DNA of 48,677 bases from Candidatus Collierbacteria bacterium GW2011_GWA2_42_17 (GCA_000998275.1 LCDA01000006.1:1-48677); one strand, 5' to 3'; shown: positions 1 through 10,088, counted from the first letter of the stretch. Made by a program: numbers and translations. The notes: generated from the sequence alone by a model not told the origin.

Positions 1-3
1 CAG

Positions 4-1653
4 TTGGCCGATCTGGATACCAAATACCAAAAGGTTCGCTGGACTTTTATTATTCCTGTCGTTGGCAACTACACCAGAGACGGCCAGCATGCTCTTAACG
101 CCGGCAAGTCTTTGATAAAGTCCCTCGACACCCTCATTGTCTCCGTTTCTCCTTATGCCGATCTCCTTGGCTTTAAAACCGATGAGGCGACCCCTTCCGG
201 TCAAACACCCAAAGTTCAATCCATTGAAGACCGAATTGTTTATATGGCTCAGACTCTGGATCTTATTAGTCCCGATCTGGACAAAATCGGTGCCGACATG
301 GCCGAAGCCCAAAAAGAACTGGACATGATCAAAGACGGTCGTTATCCCGTAAAACTCTTCGGAAAAGAAATTCGCAGTAAGATCACAGCCATCAAATCGA
401 CTGTTTCTGAGTCTGCCCAGCTTTTAACACAAGCCAAACCTCTTATTAAATTACTTCCGGACCTTCTCGGTAATCCCAATGCCAAAACCTACATGATTCT
501 TTTCCAAAACGACGCCGAGTTACGACCAACTGGAGGCTTTATGACCGCCTACGCTTTTATGAAAGTTACCAAGGGCAAGATCGATCTCCTAAGTTCTTAC
601 GATATCTATGATCTTGATGCCCGTTTCAATAAAAGAGTTCCTGCTCCCGATGCCATTAAAAAATATCTCAACGAGACATACCTCAACTTAAGAAACTCCA
701 ACATGTCTCCCGACTTCAAGGTTTCTATGGATACTTTTTCCAAGTACTACAACGACATTCCCGGAATGATTAGACCCGACGGCATTATTGCCATCGACAC
801 TCAGCTCCCGGTCGAGATCTTAAAAGTCATCGGCCCCATCGGCGTTGGTGGTTGGGGAAATTTTAGTGCCAACAATGACCCACGTTGCGACTGTCCCCAG
901 GTTGTTTATGCTCTCGAAGAAATTGCCGATCGTCCCACCAACAAGATAGTCACCGGTCGTAAAGCCGTTCTTGGACCTCTTATGCACTCTATGATGGCTA
1001 ATGCCATGGGCAGTCCCAAACACCTCTGGCCCAAACTTCTCAATGTTGCTTTCGACGCCATCAAACAAAAACACCTACTATTTTATTTCTTTGAAGAAAA
1101 AACTCAGATCGTTGCCGAAGACTTTAACGCCGCCGGCAGGATTACTCCAACAGCCTACGACTATCTTCACATCAATGATGCCAATCTCGGTGGAGCCAAA
1201 ACCGATATGTTCATTACCCGTGAGGTAGAACAGGAAATCACCGTTGAAGGAAGCACCGTCACCAAAACAGTCAGTATTAGCTACCACAATCCTTACAAAG
1301 GTAGTAACTGTAATCTGGAAGCCGGACAGCTCTGTTTAAATGGTACTTACCGCGATTACATCCGTCTTTTGGTTCCCAAAGGAAGTACTCTCATCTCCGT
1401 TGTCGGTTCCGAAGTCAAAGAAATAGTTTCCGAAGACTTAGACAAAACTGTTTTTGAAGCCTTCTTTACTATGCGTCCCGAAAGTCAAAGTAAGATTGTT
1501 TTCAAATACACCCTCCCCGCAATGGACCTGACCACTTATCGTTTGTTACTCCAAAAACAACCCGGTACCCCAGCCATCAAACACACCATCATTTTCAATG
1601 GCACCGAGACCGTGGTTCAGTTGGATCAAGACAGGGAACTGGTTCTAAACTAA
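4..1653 (+). CDS. DUF4012-domain protein, 5' end outside the window
   Basis: Motifs ILFQNDAELRPTGGF, LRNSNMSPDF, DGIIAID and LLQKQPGT are typical of DUF4012. The ORF is open at the window edge. Confidence 0.8.
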   Translation: MADLDTKYQKVRWTFIIPVVGNYTRDGQHALNAGKSLIKSLDTLIVSVSPYADLLGFKTDEATPSGQTPKVQSIEDRIVYMAQTLDLISPDLDKIGADMAEAQKELDMIKDGRYPVKLFGKEIRSKITAIKSTVSESAQLLTQAKPLIKLLPDLLGNPNAKTYMILFQNDAELRPTGGFMTAYAFMKVTKGKIDLLSSYDIYDLDARFNKRVPAPDAIKKYLNETYLNLRNSNMSPDFKVSMDTFSKYYNDIPGMIRPDGIIAIDTQLPVEILKVIGPIGVGGWGNFSANNDPRCDCPQVVYALEEIADRPTNKIVTGRKAVLGPLMHSMMANAMGSPKHLWPKLLNVAFDAIKQKHLLFYFFEEKTQIVAEDFNAAGRITPTAYDYLHINDANLGGAKTDMFITREVEQEITVEGSTVTKTVSISYHNPYKGSNCNLEAGQLCLNGTYRDYIRLLVPKGSTLISVVGSEVKEIVSEDLDKTVFEAFFTMRPESQSKIVFKYTLPAMDLTTYRLLLQKQPGTPAIKHTIIFNGTETVVQLDQDRELVLN

Positions 1654-1656
1654 AAA

Positions 1657-2196
1657 ATGAGAGCGTCATTTTCTGATACCGGGATTATTGTGAGATCCGT
1701 TGACTCCGGTGAGGCAGACAAATTTGTTTCGATAATTACCCAAAATCACGGTTTACAAGACTTTATTGCCAGAGGTGCTAGACGTCTCACTTCCAAGAAA
1801 GCTCCTCATCTTGATCTTTTCAATCTGGTCAAGTTTCAAAGTGGTAGGGGAGAGCATCCTCATTTTTTGGATCAAGTCGAGTCGACATCGTACTTCCCGG
1901 AAATCAAAAAAGACTTTGCCAAAGTTGGTCTCTGTCTCACCATCGTCGAAATTCTCACCAACACTCTCCCCATTGAAGTCGAAGATCGGGAAATCTTCCT
2001 TTCCCTCAAGTCCTTTCTAGAAGCCGTTGAAAAGTCGGACTCCCCAAAAGAAAATAATCGACTCGGTCGAAAATTTGGTCTCTTTTTACTTCGTCACCTT
2101 GGCTACCCTCTTCCCAAACTTCCCCAATCCGCCAAACTCACCACCTATTTTGAGTCCATCATGAGCAAAAAACTGATTGGACCACTAATAAAGTAG
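1657..2196 (+). CDS. recO: DNA repair protein RecO (short form)
   Basis: N-terminal OB-fold motif GIIVRSVDSGEADKFVSIITQNHG...IARGARRLTSK; C-terminal LLRHLGY. Confidence 0.85.
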   Translation: MRASFSDTGIIVRSVDSGEADKFVSIITQNHGLQDFIARGARRLTSKKAPHLDLFNLVKFQSGRGEHPHFLDQVESTSYFPEIKKDFAKVGLCLTIVEILTNTLPIEVEDREIFLSLKSFLEAVEKSDSPKENNRLGRKFGLFLLRHLGYPLPKLPQSAKLTTYFESIMSKKLIGPLIK

Positions 2197-2241
2197 CAAA
2201 CTTGACGGCAAGTCTCAGTTCTTGCAATAATGAGAGGTCAT

Positions 2242-3096
2242 ATGAAAATAAAAAACCCCCTAATTATTATTCTTCCCGTCATTATTCTCGTTGTCGCGTT
2301 TCTTTTAATTTTCGTTTTTAACAAAAAAACCACCACCGATCAGACATCCGACATCGAAGTCGGTACCAAACTTTTGGTCAATGAACTACCTCTGGCTGAC
2401 AGACCCTTCACTCTTCTTGTTCCCCATGCAACCAACAGACTGTTTACTTTCGTGACCATCAATGCCAACAAAGCCAAAGCCGCCACTCTAGACCTTGAGT
2501 ATCAGTCCGGAGACTTGCTCAAAGGCGCCAGGGCCACACTCGAAACCCCCATTGTCAGCCCTTATATGAAAGCCATCATTCTTGGCAGTTGTTCTACCGG
2601 GGGTAAGTGTTCATTTGACAAAGATCTAAAATCCGGCACTCTCAAGTTCAAATTAAACTTCGAAGGCCAAAAAGTTACCCACATCCTCAAAGGAGATTTT
2701 GCTTTTGTCACCGGCCAGAACAACCTACCCGACGGCAAGGTTATCTTTGCTCCTTCCAAGGCCACCGCAAGTGACAATCTCATCCTTCTAAACTCTTTTG
2801 GTTTACCCAAAGCAGTCGACAAAGAGATTGTTCTTTATCCCATCGTTATCTCCGCTGTTGGCAGCAAAAACATCGTCGGTACTCTCACCATCAATCAGTC
2901 AGGTGTCACTAGCGCCGAAATTTTCGACGGTCAAAACTATCTACCATTAACCTACACCGAAAAAGCTGGTTCACTAACGATAACGCTAAACAATAAACCC
3001 TGGTTTATGAACGCCGAGATCACAAGAGACGATGAAAAGGGCACCAAAGAATCTCTCAACCTCTATCTTCTTGGCCCCATCGTTCTCTATAAGTAA
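2242..3096 (+). CDS. Hypothetical membrane-anchored protein
   Basis: N-terminal TM helix, Cys pair LGSCSTGGKC, beta-rich remainder. Start 2242 is preferred over 2230 because TTGACG (2202-2207)/AATAAT (2226-2231) lies upstream. Confidence 0.6.
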   Translation: MKIKNPLIIILPVIILVVAFLLIFVFNKKTTTDQTSDIEVGTKLLVNELPLADRPFTLLVPHATNRLFTFVTINANKAKAATLDLEYQSGDLLKGARATLETPIVSPYMKAIILGSCSTGGKCSFDKDLKSGTLKFKLNFEGQKVTHILKGDFAFVTGQNNLPDGKVIFAPSKATASDNLILLNSFGLPKAVDKEIVLYPIVISAVGSKNIVGTLTINQSGVTSAEIFDGQNYLPLTYTEKAGSLTITLNNKPWFMNAEITRDDEKGTKESLNLYLLGPIVLYK

Positions 3097-3140
3097 GTGT
3101 TATGCTTATAGTAGTGAGTTTGTGTTTCTTTATAATTTAA

Positions 3141-3260
3141 ATAGCGTGTGGCCTCATTAATATGAGGATACGAGGAAGAAGGTTGTCGATAATCTGCGGA
3201 TGCCTTCTGGTTACGCCTTTCTAACCAAAAGGGTATAACAATACCCAAGATCGGTGATTC
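3141..3260 (+). ncRNA. glmS ribozyme (GlcN6P-activated self-cleaving riboswitch), variant
   Basis: Directly upstream of glmS. AGCG at 3143; P1 CCUCAU/AUGAGG; conserved ACGAGG; P2 AGAAGG (3177-3182)/CCUUCU (3203-3208); core UUGUCGA...GCGGAUG; P3 GGUUA/UAACC; short P4 GGGUAU/AUACCC. TATAAT at 3131-3136. Confidence 0.8.
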
Positions 3261-3296
3261 ACAATTCACACAATTATTATTTGCTATGCAAAGCCT

Positions 3297-5021
3297 ATGT
3301 GTGGAATCGTTGGATACCTCAGTCATGAGGAAAAACCAGTTGTCTCAATTTATCAGGGTCTAAAAAAATTAGAGTATCGAGGATACGATAGTTGGGGAAT
3401 TGTGTATTTAAAAAACAAGCGGCTGGTAGCCATAAAAGAGATCGGGAAACTTAAGTCAGAACCGACAAATCTTCCCGAGTCGGTACTGGCACTGGGTCAC
3501 ACTCGTTGGGCGACTCACGGAGGAATTACTAAGGCAAACTCTCACCCCCAGTTCGACTGCACCGGCAATATTGCTTTGGTTCATAACGGCATAATTGAAA
3601 ATTATTACCTTCTAAAAAAAGAATTAACTCAAAGAAAACATAAAATTGTGTCCGACACGGACACCGAGTTGGTTGCCCATTTAATTGAGGAAAAGGTGGA
3701 GAAGGGGATGACGATTGAAGAAGCGGTGAGGCAAGTATTTCGAAGATTAAAAGGCTACAACGCCCTAGTTGTTATGGACAAGATGCAAAAAAGATTATTG
3801 GCTGTCAAAACAGGGTCGCCCCTTATCCTTGGCCTTAGTAAGAAAGCAAACTATATTGCCTCCGACATCAATGCCCTGGGTGAAGCGGAGGAGCTAATCA
3901 TTCTTCTGGACGGTGAGTTGGCCGAAATCAGCGAAAACGGTGTCCGGGTAATAAACGTCAGTGACGGCAGAGAAATTCCCAAACAAAGAATAAAAATGGT
4001 AGAAATAGAAAAGGAAAGCGAGATGGGGGAATATCAAAGTTTTTTAGAAAAAGAAATTAACGAACAGCCCCAAGTTCTGGAAAGAATTGTCCAAGAAGAC
4101 GGAGTCCAGATAAAGAAGATAATCACGTTGGCTAAGAAAATGGACAAAGTGATTCTGGTTGGTTGCGGAACCTCATACTTCGCCGGATTGGTTGCCACCG
4201 AAAAGCTAATTAAAAAACTTGGTAAATGGGTGATCACTGTCTTAGCCTCCGAGTTTGATACCTATGTCAATCTTCTTGATGAAAAAACATTAATCATTGT
4301 CCTAACACAATCGGGTGAAACAATCGATGTACTAGACGCCATCATCAAGGCCAAACAAAAAGGAGCCACTATTACTTCGGTTGTGAATGCTCCCTACTCC
4401 AGCGTACAAAGAGTCTCGGATGTTTGTCAGATGCTTTCTTGTGGTATGGAAAAATGTGTGGCCTCCACGAAATCATTCGTTGCCCAAATGGCGGTTTTTG
4501 ATATAGCTCTCGGGATTGATTTAAATCAAAGAATCAAAAATATTAAATGGATTCTTAAAAACAAAAATAAGATTAATCCTCTAGCAAAGATGATCAGCCA
4601 GAAACAACACCTCTTTATCTTAGGGAGGGGCAAAATGTTACCCATCGCCCTGGAGGGAGCCTTAAAAATAAAAGAACTTAGCTATATCCATGCTGAAGGA
4701 ATGGCCGGGGGTGAACTTAAACACGGAACCCTTGCCCTCATCGATAAAGATAGTATTTGTATTGTCCTTGTCTCAAAGGAAAATACCAACGAAATGCTGG
4801 CTTCCGGTTTAGAAGTAAAAGCCAGGGGAGCCACGGTAATTGGTATTGCTCAAAGAAAAGAAAATGTTTTTGATGAATTTTTACCCATCAGGGGAAAAGA
4901 AGACGATGAACAAACAGAAGCCGTAGTTTGGTTACAACTACTGGCGGAGAAAATTTGTGATCTAAAACGTCTCGATCCGGACAAACCAAGAAATCTAGCC
5001 AAAAGCGTTACAGTCAAATAA
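3297..5021 (+). CDS. glmS: Glutamine--fructose-6-phosphate aminotransferase
   Basis: MCGIVG N-terminal Cys, LEYRGYDS, GHTRWATHG, HNGIIEN, SDTDTE, QSGET, ELKHG, PRNLAKSVTV. Confidence 0.97.
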   Translation: MCGIVGYLSHEEKPVVSIYQGLKKLEYRGYDSWGIVYLKNKRLVAIKEIGKLKSEPTNLPESVLALGHTRWATHGGITKANSHPQFDCTGNIALVHNGIIENYYLLKKELTQRKHKIVSDTDTELVAHLIEEKVEKGMTIEEAVRQVFRRLKGYNALVVMDKMQKRLLAVKTGSPLILGLSKKANYIASDINALGEAEELIILLDGELAEISENGVRVINVSDGREIPKQRIKMVEIEKESEMGEYQSFLEKEINEQPQVLERIVQEDGVQIKKIITLAKKMDKVILVGCGTSYFAGLVATEKLIKKLGKWVITVLASEFDTYVNLLDEKTLIIVLTQSGETIDVLDAIIKAKQKGATITSVVNAPYSSVQRVSDVCQMLSCGMEKCVASTKSFVAQMAVFDIALGIDLNQRIKNIKWILKNKNKINPLAKMISQKQHLFILGRGKMLPIALEGALKIKELSYIHAEGMAGGELKHGTLALIDKDSICIVLVSKENTNEMLASGLEVKARGATVIGIAQRKENVFDEFLPIRGKEDDEQTEAVVWLQLLAEKICDLKRLDPDKPRNLAKSVTVK

Positions 5022-5084
5022 TCCGAACCTAACCCTACCTTTTGAGTTTATGTTTTGTGTTTTCACACCCCCTTTACACACCCC

Positions 5085-5135
5085 TTGACATCATATATAT
5101 TGTGTAGCATACTGGAAAGTGGTGATGAGTGGTGA
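5085..5135 (+). promoter_or_regulatory. dcw/mraZ promoter with MraZ-type operator repeats
   Basis: TTGACA (5085-5090)-17 bp-CATACT (5108-5113), then AGTGGTGA direct repeats at 5118 and 5128 (10-bp period), matching the GTGG repeats bound by MraZ. Confidence 0.7.
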
Positions 5136-5177
5136 AGTATCCTATATACCCCATTCTGAAGCCTGCCAATATGAATT

Positions 5178-5609
5178 ATGTTTACTGGACGCTACTACCA
5201 CAATCTAGAAGCCAAGGGGAGACTAGCAATACCCCAGTCCTTCAGGGCCGAACTCGGATCAGGTGGCGTCATCACCTGGGGGCTCGATGGCTGTCTATTT
5301 CTTTTTCCCAAATCATACTGGCAGAAGCTTTCCGAGAAGCTGGCCTCGCTCTCACTAACCAATCAGGGAGCCCGAAACTTGACGCGTATCTTAGTACAGT
5401 CCGCCGTGGAATTGAATCTCGACGGTCAGGGTCGGACACTCATACCGGAACATCTCAGAGAACAGGTCAATATAAAAAAACAGGTGGTAGTCGCCGGAAC
5501 CCTTACCAGAATTGAAATCTGGGACAGAGACGCCTATCACGAGCACCTTGATTTAATAGCGCAAACGATTAACCAAGCCGACCAAGGCTTAGCCGGAATC
5601 GAACTATGA
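5178..5609 (+). CDS. mraZ: Transcriptional regulator MraZ
   Basis: MFTGRYYHNLEAKGRLAIP, LDGQGRTLIP, RIEIWD; first gene of the dcw cluster. Confidence 0.95.
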   Translation: MFTGRYYHNLEAKGRLAIPQSFRAELGSGGVITWGLDGCLFLFPKSYWQKLSEKLASLSLTNQGARNLTRILVQSAVELNLDGQGRTLIPEHLREQVNIKKQVVVAGTLTRIEIWDRDAYHEHLDLIAQTINQADQGLAGIEL

Positions 5610-6541
5610 AAAACGGAATCGAAAGACACTACTCGGCCTACAAAGGTGAGTTAACCAAACTCTACGGTTTTAAGAAGGGCTATCTCTTCTTAGACCTTAC
5701 CCTAGGGGACGGTGGACATACCCAGGAAGCCTTAGAAGCCGGTTGTCGTGTTGTTTCCTTTGACATCGATGATGAGGCCATTAAAAGGGCAGTAAACTTC
5801 GTCCCCGAAAAGTTCTCCCCCCAAATTATCGAACCGGAAAATACTTCGAAACCAATAACTAGAGACTTTAACTGGATTATCATTCACAGTAATTTTACGA
5901 AAGTAGAAGAGATTGTTAAAAAGTTAGAACTTCCTCTCTTTGACGGCATCATGGTCGACCTCGGACCTTCTCAGTATCAGGTTCTTTCTCCCGACCGCGG
6001 CTTTAGCTTTGCCGAAGACACTCCTTTAGATATGCGTCTCACTAAAGATCTGGGCGTTACCGCCGCCGATCTTCTCGCTGTCCTCAATGAAGGTGAACTG
6101 GCTGAGTTATTTACCCTGGGAGACGAACCCTTTGCCAAGCCCTTGGCCCGTATTATTGTCAAGCAAAGAACCATTAATCCGATAAAAACCACTAAACAAC
6201 TCGCTGACCTGGTTTTTAAAGTCAAAAAAGGTCGCTCAGGCAGAATCCATCCGGCCACCCAAGTCTTTATGGCTCTCCGTATGGTCGTCAATCTTGAACG
6301 GGAAAACATCAATCTGCTATTGCCCCAGCTACCTCATCTTCTCAAAAAAGACGGCATTATGGGTGTAATAAGCTTCCACTCCGGTGAAGACAAGTTGATT
6401 AAAGACTTCATCAACGGTGAAATTGGAAAAAACAATTTAAGCGCTATTAACGAAAAACCGATTGTTCCTTCGACATCTGAATTATTAATCAGTCCTAGAA
6501 CTAGAAGTGCCAAACTTAGACTCGCTAAAAAAACTAATTAA
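5606..6541 (+). CDS. rsmH: 16S rRNA m4C1402 methyltransferase RsmH (MraW)
   Basis: DLTLGDGGH, DLGPSQYQ, RGFSF, PLDMR, HPATQVFMALR, ISFHSGED, PRTRSAKLR. Confidence 0.95.
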   Translation: MKNGIERHYSAYKGELTKLYGFKKGYLFLDLTLGDGGHTQEALEAGCRVVSFDIDDEAIKRAVNFVPEKFSPQIIEPENTSKPITRDFNWIIIHSNFTKVEEIVKKLELPLFDGIMVDLGPSQYQVLSPDRGFSFAEDTPLDMRLTKDLGVTAADLLAVLNEGELAELFTLGDEPFAKPLARIIVKQRTINPIKTTKQLADLVFKVKKGRSGRIHPATQVFMALRMVVNLERENINLLLPQLPHLLKKDGIMGVISFHSGEDKLIKDFINGEIGKNNLSAINEKPIVPSTSELLISPRTRSAKLRLAKKTN

Positions 6542-6815
6542 CTACAAAACCGCGTTCACCATTACCGCGATGGTTTTTATTGGTCTCGCTGTTACCAATC
6601 TCATCGGTACCAACGCACTCTCCACCGAAGGCATCGCCGTTAGTGAAGCCGAAACTCAAACTCTAAAACTGGAAAAAGAAAATCAAATTATTTCTGTTAA
6701 GATCGAAGAAGCCTCCCAGCTAAAAAATATTGAAGTACTGGCCGAGAATCGAGGGTTCATAAGATCAAAAAACATTGTCTTTGTGCCCACCGCTCCGACC
6801 TTTGCCCAAAGATAA
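6507..6815 (+). CDS. ftsL: FtsL-like cell division protein
   Basis: One TM helix plus a coiled coil ending IEVLAENRGF; lies between rsmH and ftsI. Start is uncertain. Confidence 0.65.
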   Translation: MPNLDSLKKLINYKTAFTITAMVFIGLAVTNLIGTNALSTEGIAVSEAETQTLKLEKENQIISVKIEEASQLKNIEVLAENRGFIRSKNIVFVPTAPTFAQR

Positions 6816-6818
6816 TCG

Positions 6819-8495
6819 ATGCTAAACTCACAGGGTAATCTCATCCAGAAACGACTCAAGACAATCATTTTCTTAATCCCTATTCTTTGTTTGATAATTA
6901 TCGGACGCTTATTCTACTGGCAGATCATTCGCGGCCCGGAACTACAAACTAAAGCCAGCAATCAACACGAGACCACCACCTATTTAGAAGCCAAAAGAGG
7001 CAACATTCTTGATTTTGAAGGCAACATTCTTGCGGGAACTAAAAATCTTTACCATCTTTTCGTTTACAAACCCCAGCTAACCATAGGTAACAACGATTTA
7101 ATTGAAAAACTAATCGAAAACCTGGACAAGGAGCCGGAAGCAACTGACGAACCGGATATTAGAGAGTACCTCAAGAGTCGTCTGGCTTTGGACTCAAACT
7201 GGGTTTCTCTCAAACACTACCTCACCCCCGATGCCAAAGATCGGATTGAAAAACTAGGTATTGCCGGACTTGGGTTTGAAGATGAGTATGTTCGTTTCTA
7301 CCCTGAAGCCAGTATGTCAGCGCATCTCTTGGGCTTTGTCGGACAAGATGCCGCCGGAGAAGAGCAGGGCTATTTTGGACTGGAGGGTTACCAAGACAGG
7401 CTTTTGCGTGGTCGGGGAGGCAAGGTCAGAACCGAAAAGGATGCCAAAGGCAATCCTATCTTAATCGGCAACTATCAGTTTCTTCATGCCATTGAAGGCA
7501 AACCAATTACCACCACGATTAGCAAAAAAATTCAGTACCTTACCGAAAAAATGCTCAAAGAGGGCATCGAAAAATATCAGGCTTCTGCCGGAAACGTCGT
7601 CATCCTTGAGTCAAAAACAGGCAAGGTAAGAGCCATGGCCTCTTTCCCGAACTATGATCCGGGGAAATTTTCCGAATTTCCCAATACCAGCTACAAAAAT
7701 CCCAACGTTGCCGATCTTTTTGAACCCGGATCGGTTTTTAAGGTTTTAATTATGGCCGCCGGACTAAATGAAAAGGTGGTCGAACCGGAAACTCGGTGTG
7801 ATATCTGCGCTGGGCCATTGGTTATCGGCAAGTACGCCATCAAAACCTGGAACGAGGTCTATCACCCCAACACCACTATGACCGAGACCATTATCAACTC
7901 CGACAACACCGGTATGGTTTTTGTGGCGAGAAAACTGGGTAAAGATAAGTTTGTCGAATATCTAAAAAAATACGGTCTGGGAAAGAAAACAGATATTCAA
8001 CTGCAGGAAGAAGTGTCCGGAGTAATTCGCGAATCCAAAGACTATGGTGATATCGATCTGGCCACCAACTCTTTTGGACAGGGTATTGCCATTACCCCCA
8101 TCCAGTTGGTTGCAGCGGTAAACACTATTGCCAATGACGGTTTCTACCTCAAACCAACCATTATTGAAAATGAAGTTAGTAAAGGCAAACCTGTTCTCTC
8201 GGAAGAGGCGGTTGACGAAATAACCCAGATTATGATTCAAGCTGTTGATATGGGAGAGGCAAAATGGGCCAAGCCTCAAGGACTAGTCGTCGCCGGTAAA
8301 ACAGGCACCGCCCAAATTCCTATCGAGGGCCATTATGATGCCGAAAAAACCATTGCCAGTTTCATTGGTTTTTTCCCGGCGAATAACCCACAATACACAA
8401 TGTTGGTAACTCTTCGTGAACCTAAAACTTCACCTTGGGGATCTGAAACCGCCGCTCCACTTTGGTTTGCCATTGCCAAACAATTGCTGCTTTGA
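6819..8495 (+). CDS. ftsI: Class B penicillin-binding protein (FtsI/PBP3)
   Basis: RGNILD, RFYP, GLEG, EPGSVFK (SxxK), SDN (SxN), KTGTAQ; dcw position. Confidence 0.9.
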   Translation: MLNSQGNLIQKRLKTIIFLIPILCLIIIGRLFYWQIIRGPELQTKASNQHETTTYLEAKRGNILDFEGNILAGTKNLYHLFVYKPQLTIGNNDLIEKLIENLDKEPEATDEPDIREYLKSRLALDSNWVSLKHYLTPDAKDRIEKLGIAGLGFEDEYVRFYPEASMSAHLLGFVGQDAAGEEQGYFGLEGYQDRLLRGRGGKVRTEKDAKGNPILIGNYQFLHAIEGKPITTTISKKIQYLTEKMLKEGIEKYQASAGNVVILESKTGKVRAMASFPNYDPGKFSEFPNTSYKNPNVADLFEPGSVFKVLIMAAGLNEKVVEPETRCDICAGPLVIGKYAIKTWNEVYHPNTTMTETIINSDNTGMVFVARKLGKDKFVEYLKKYGLGKKTDIQLQEEVSGVIRESKDYGDIDLATNSFGQGIAITPIQLVAAVNTIANDGFYLKPTIIENEVSKGKPVLSEEAVDEITQIMIQAVDMGEAKWAKPQGLVVAGKTGTAQIPIEGHYDAEKTIASFIGFFPANNPQYTMLVTLREPKTSPWGSETAAPLWFAIAKQLLL

Positions 8496-8521
8496 CGTCA
8501 ACACTGTTAAAATATAAACAC

Positions 8522-8887
8522 ATGCAAAATCCATTTAGGATACACAGGATCAGTTTTAAACATGCTTTTGACGGTTTTGTTTACTCTGTCCGCACTCAAC
8601 CAAACTTTCGTTTCCATCTATTAGCCACGTTTGTGGTTGCCCTTCTCGGTATCTATTTCTCCATTAGCATCATTGAATGGCTTATCTTGGTCTTCACTAT
8701 CAATACTGTTCTGGCCGCCGAGATGGTCAATACTTCTATCGAAGCCATGGTCGACCTCATTACCCTTGAGCGCAGAGCCGATGCAAAGGTTGCCAAAGAT
8801 GTAGCCTCAGCCATGGTTCTTGTTTCTGCCACTCTCTCCATCATCGTTGGTTTAATAATATTTTTACCTAAAATTTTAAACTTCTAA
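8522..8887 (+). CDS. dgkA: Diacylglycerol/undecaprenol kinase family protein
   Basis: SFKHAFDG, QPNFRFH, EMVNTSIEAMVD, AKDVASAMV. Start set at ATG 8522, after TG-N-TAAAAT (8505-8513). Confidence 0.85.
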   Translation: MQNPFRIHRISFKHAFDGFVYSVRTQPNFRFHLLATFVVALLGIYFSISIIEWLILVFTINTVLAAEMVNTSIEAMVDLITLERRADAKVAKDVASAMVLVSATLSIIVGLIIFLPKILNF

Positions 8888-8888
8888 A

Positions 8889-9914
8889 ATGGATTTACTA
8901 CTCGGAATCTTAATTTTTTCTTTCATTATTCATGCCTTCGCCATTGTTCCTTTTGTAAACTTCCTCTACCATCTCAAGTTTTTTAAAAACAAAACCGCCA
9001 TTTCCAAAGATAAGATTGACGAGGCCTCTGTTCATATTCGTTCAAAATCGAGAACTCCGGAAGGTGGAGGATTACTGATCATTGTCATTACCAGTCTCAT
9101 TTTTGCTTTTGCCCTACCTTTGTTAAGGAGCTTGGGCTTTGAAATTACCCACGTCTATCCCATAAATGATGAGATCAATATTATCTTTTTTACCTTCATT
9201 TCTTTTGGCTTACTCGGACTCTATGACGATATCGTCAAGTTCTTTGAGTTAGATAGGGAAGAGGGTTACACCGGCCTTAAAACTCGTTACAAACTCCTCA
9301 TTCAGGTAGCCTTGGGTCTCATCATCGGCGCTATGATGTATCTCAATCTCGGTATCGACATTATTCATATCCCCTTCTTTGGTGTCATTCATTTTGGTCT
9401 TTGGTTTATTCCTTTAGCCGCTTTCCTCGTCGTCACTTTTGCCAACTCCGTAAACATTACCGATGGTATGGACGGTTTGGCTTCAGGTCTTTTGATGATT
9501 AGTCTATTTGGTTTTCTTTTACTTTCAACTTCTATTCTCGACACCCCTCTTTCTATTTTTATTGCTCTCTGGCTTGGTGGTCTTATCGCCTTTCTCTATT
9601 TCAACGTTTTTCCTGCCCGTTTATTTTTGGGAGATGTTGGAGCTCTAGCCTTTGGTGCCGCCTTTGCCACGGTTGGTTTACTTACCGGGAAAGTGATCGC
9701 CCTTTTAATTATTGGACTACCATTCTTGGTTGATGGCTTGAGTAGCGCTCTTCAAATTTTTTGGGTAAAGATACTCCATCGCCGTCTTCTGCCCATTGCT
9801 CCGCTTCATTATCTTCTCCTGAAAATCGGCTGGACTGAGCCCAAAATTGTCCAGAGAGCGTGGCTTGTCGGCATTATGTTAGTTATCTTCGGCATCTGGT
9901 TAGCCATCATTTAA
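8889..9914 (+). CDS. mraY: Phospho-N-acetylmuramoyl-pentapeptide transferase
   Basis: TPEGGG, GLYDD, NSVNITDGMDGLA, PARLFLGDVG, APLHY, GWTEPKIV. Confidence 0.9.
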   Translation: MDLLLGILIFSFIIHAFAIVPFVNFLYHLKFFKNKTAISKDKIDEASVHIRSKSRTPEGGGLLIIVITSLIFAFALPLLRSLGFEITHVYPINDEINIIFFTFISFGLLGLYDDIVKFFELDREEGYTGLKTRYKLLIQVALGLIIGAMMYLNLGIDIIHIPFFGVIHFGLWFIPLAAFLVVTFANSVNITDGMDGLASGLLMISLFGFLLLSTSILDTPLSIFIALWLGGLIAFLYFNVFPARLFLGDVGALAFGAAFATVGLLTGKVIALLIIGLPFLVDGLSSALQIFWVKILHRRLLPIAPLHYLLLKIGWTEPKIVQRAWLVGIMLVIFGIWLAII

Positions 9915-9917
9915 TTT

Positions 9918-10088
9918 ATGCTACGCCTCAAAGGCAATCATAATCGTCTCCCTACGACCATTCTTATCGCTGGAATCTTGGTAGCCTGTTTTGGTCTTGT
10001 GGCGATATATGACGCTTCCGTATCCCCATGTCACTCTTCAAGAAATACGCCCACCTTCTCTATGGTGTTTCACTTTTTCTCATGGTAA
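9918..10088 (+). pseudogene. ftsW: Out-of-frame N-terminal fragment of ftsW (TM1)
   Basis: ATG 9918 (3 nt after the mraY stop) encodes ...ILIAGILVACFGLVAIYDASV, resembling SEDS TM1 and its 'SAS' motif. It runs out of frame with the 10028 ORF and stops at 10088. Confidence 0.7.

Noticed and set aside
3087..3326. 79-aa minus-strand ORF
   Set aside because: Antisense to the glmS ribozyme and glmS start; no recognisable motif.
5064..5084. CACACCCC direct repeat upstream of the dcw promoter
   Set aside because: Only two short copies; no function can be supported.
5129..5515. 128-aa alternative-frame ORF
   Set aside because: Shadow of mraZ, which has clear family motifs.
10015..10030. Programmed frameshift in ftsW
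   Set aside because: No slippery heptamer is evident, and a shift alone would not restore the missing TM2.
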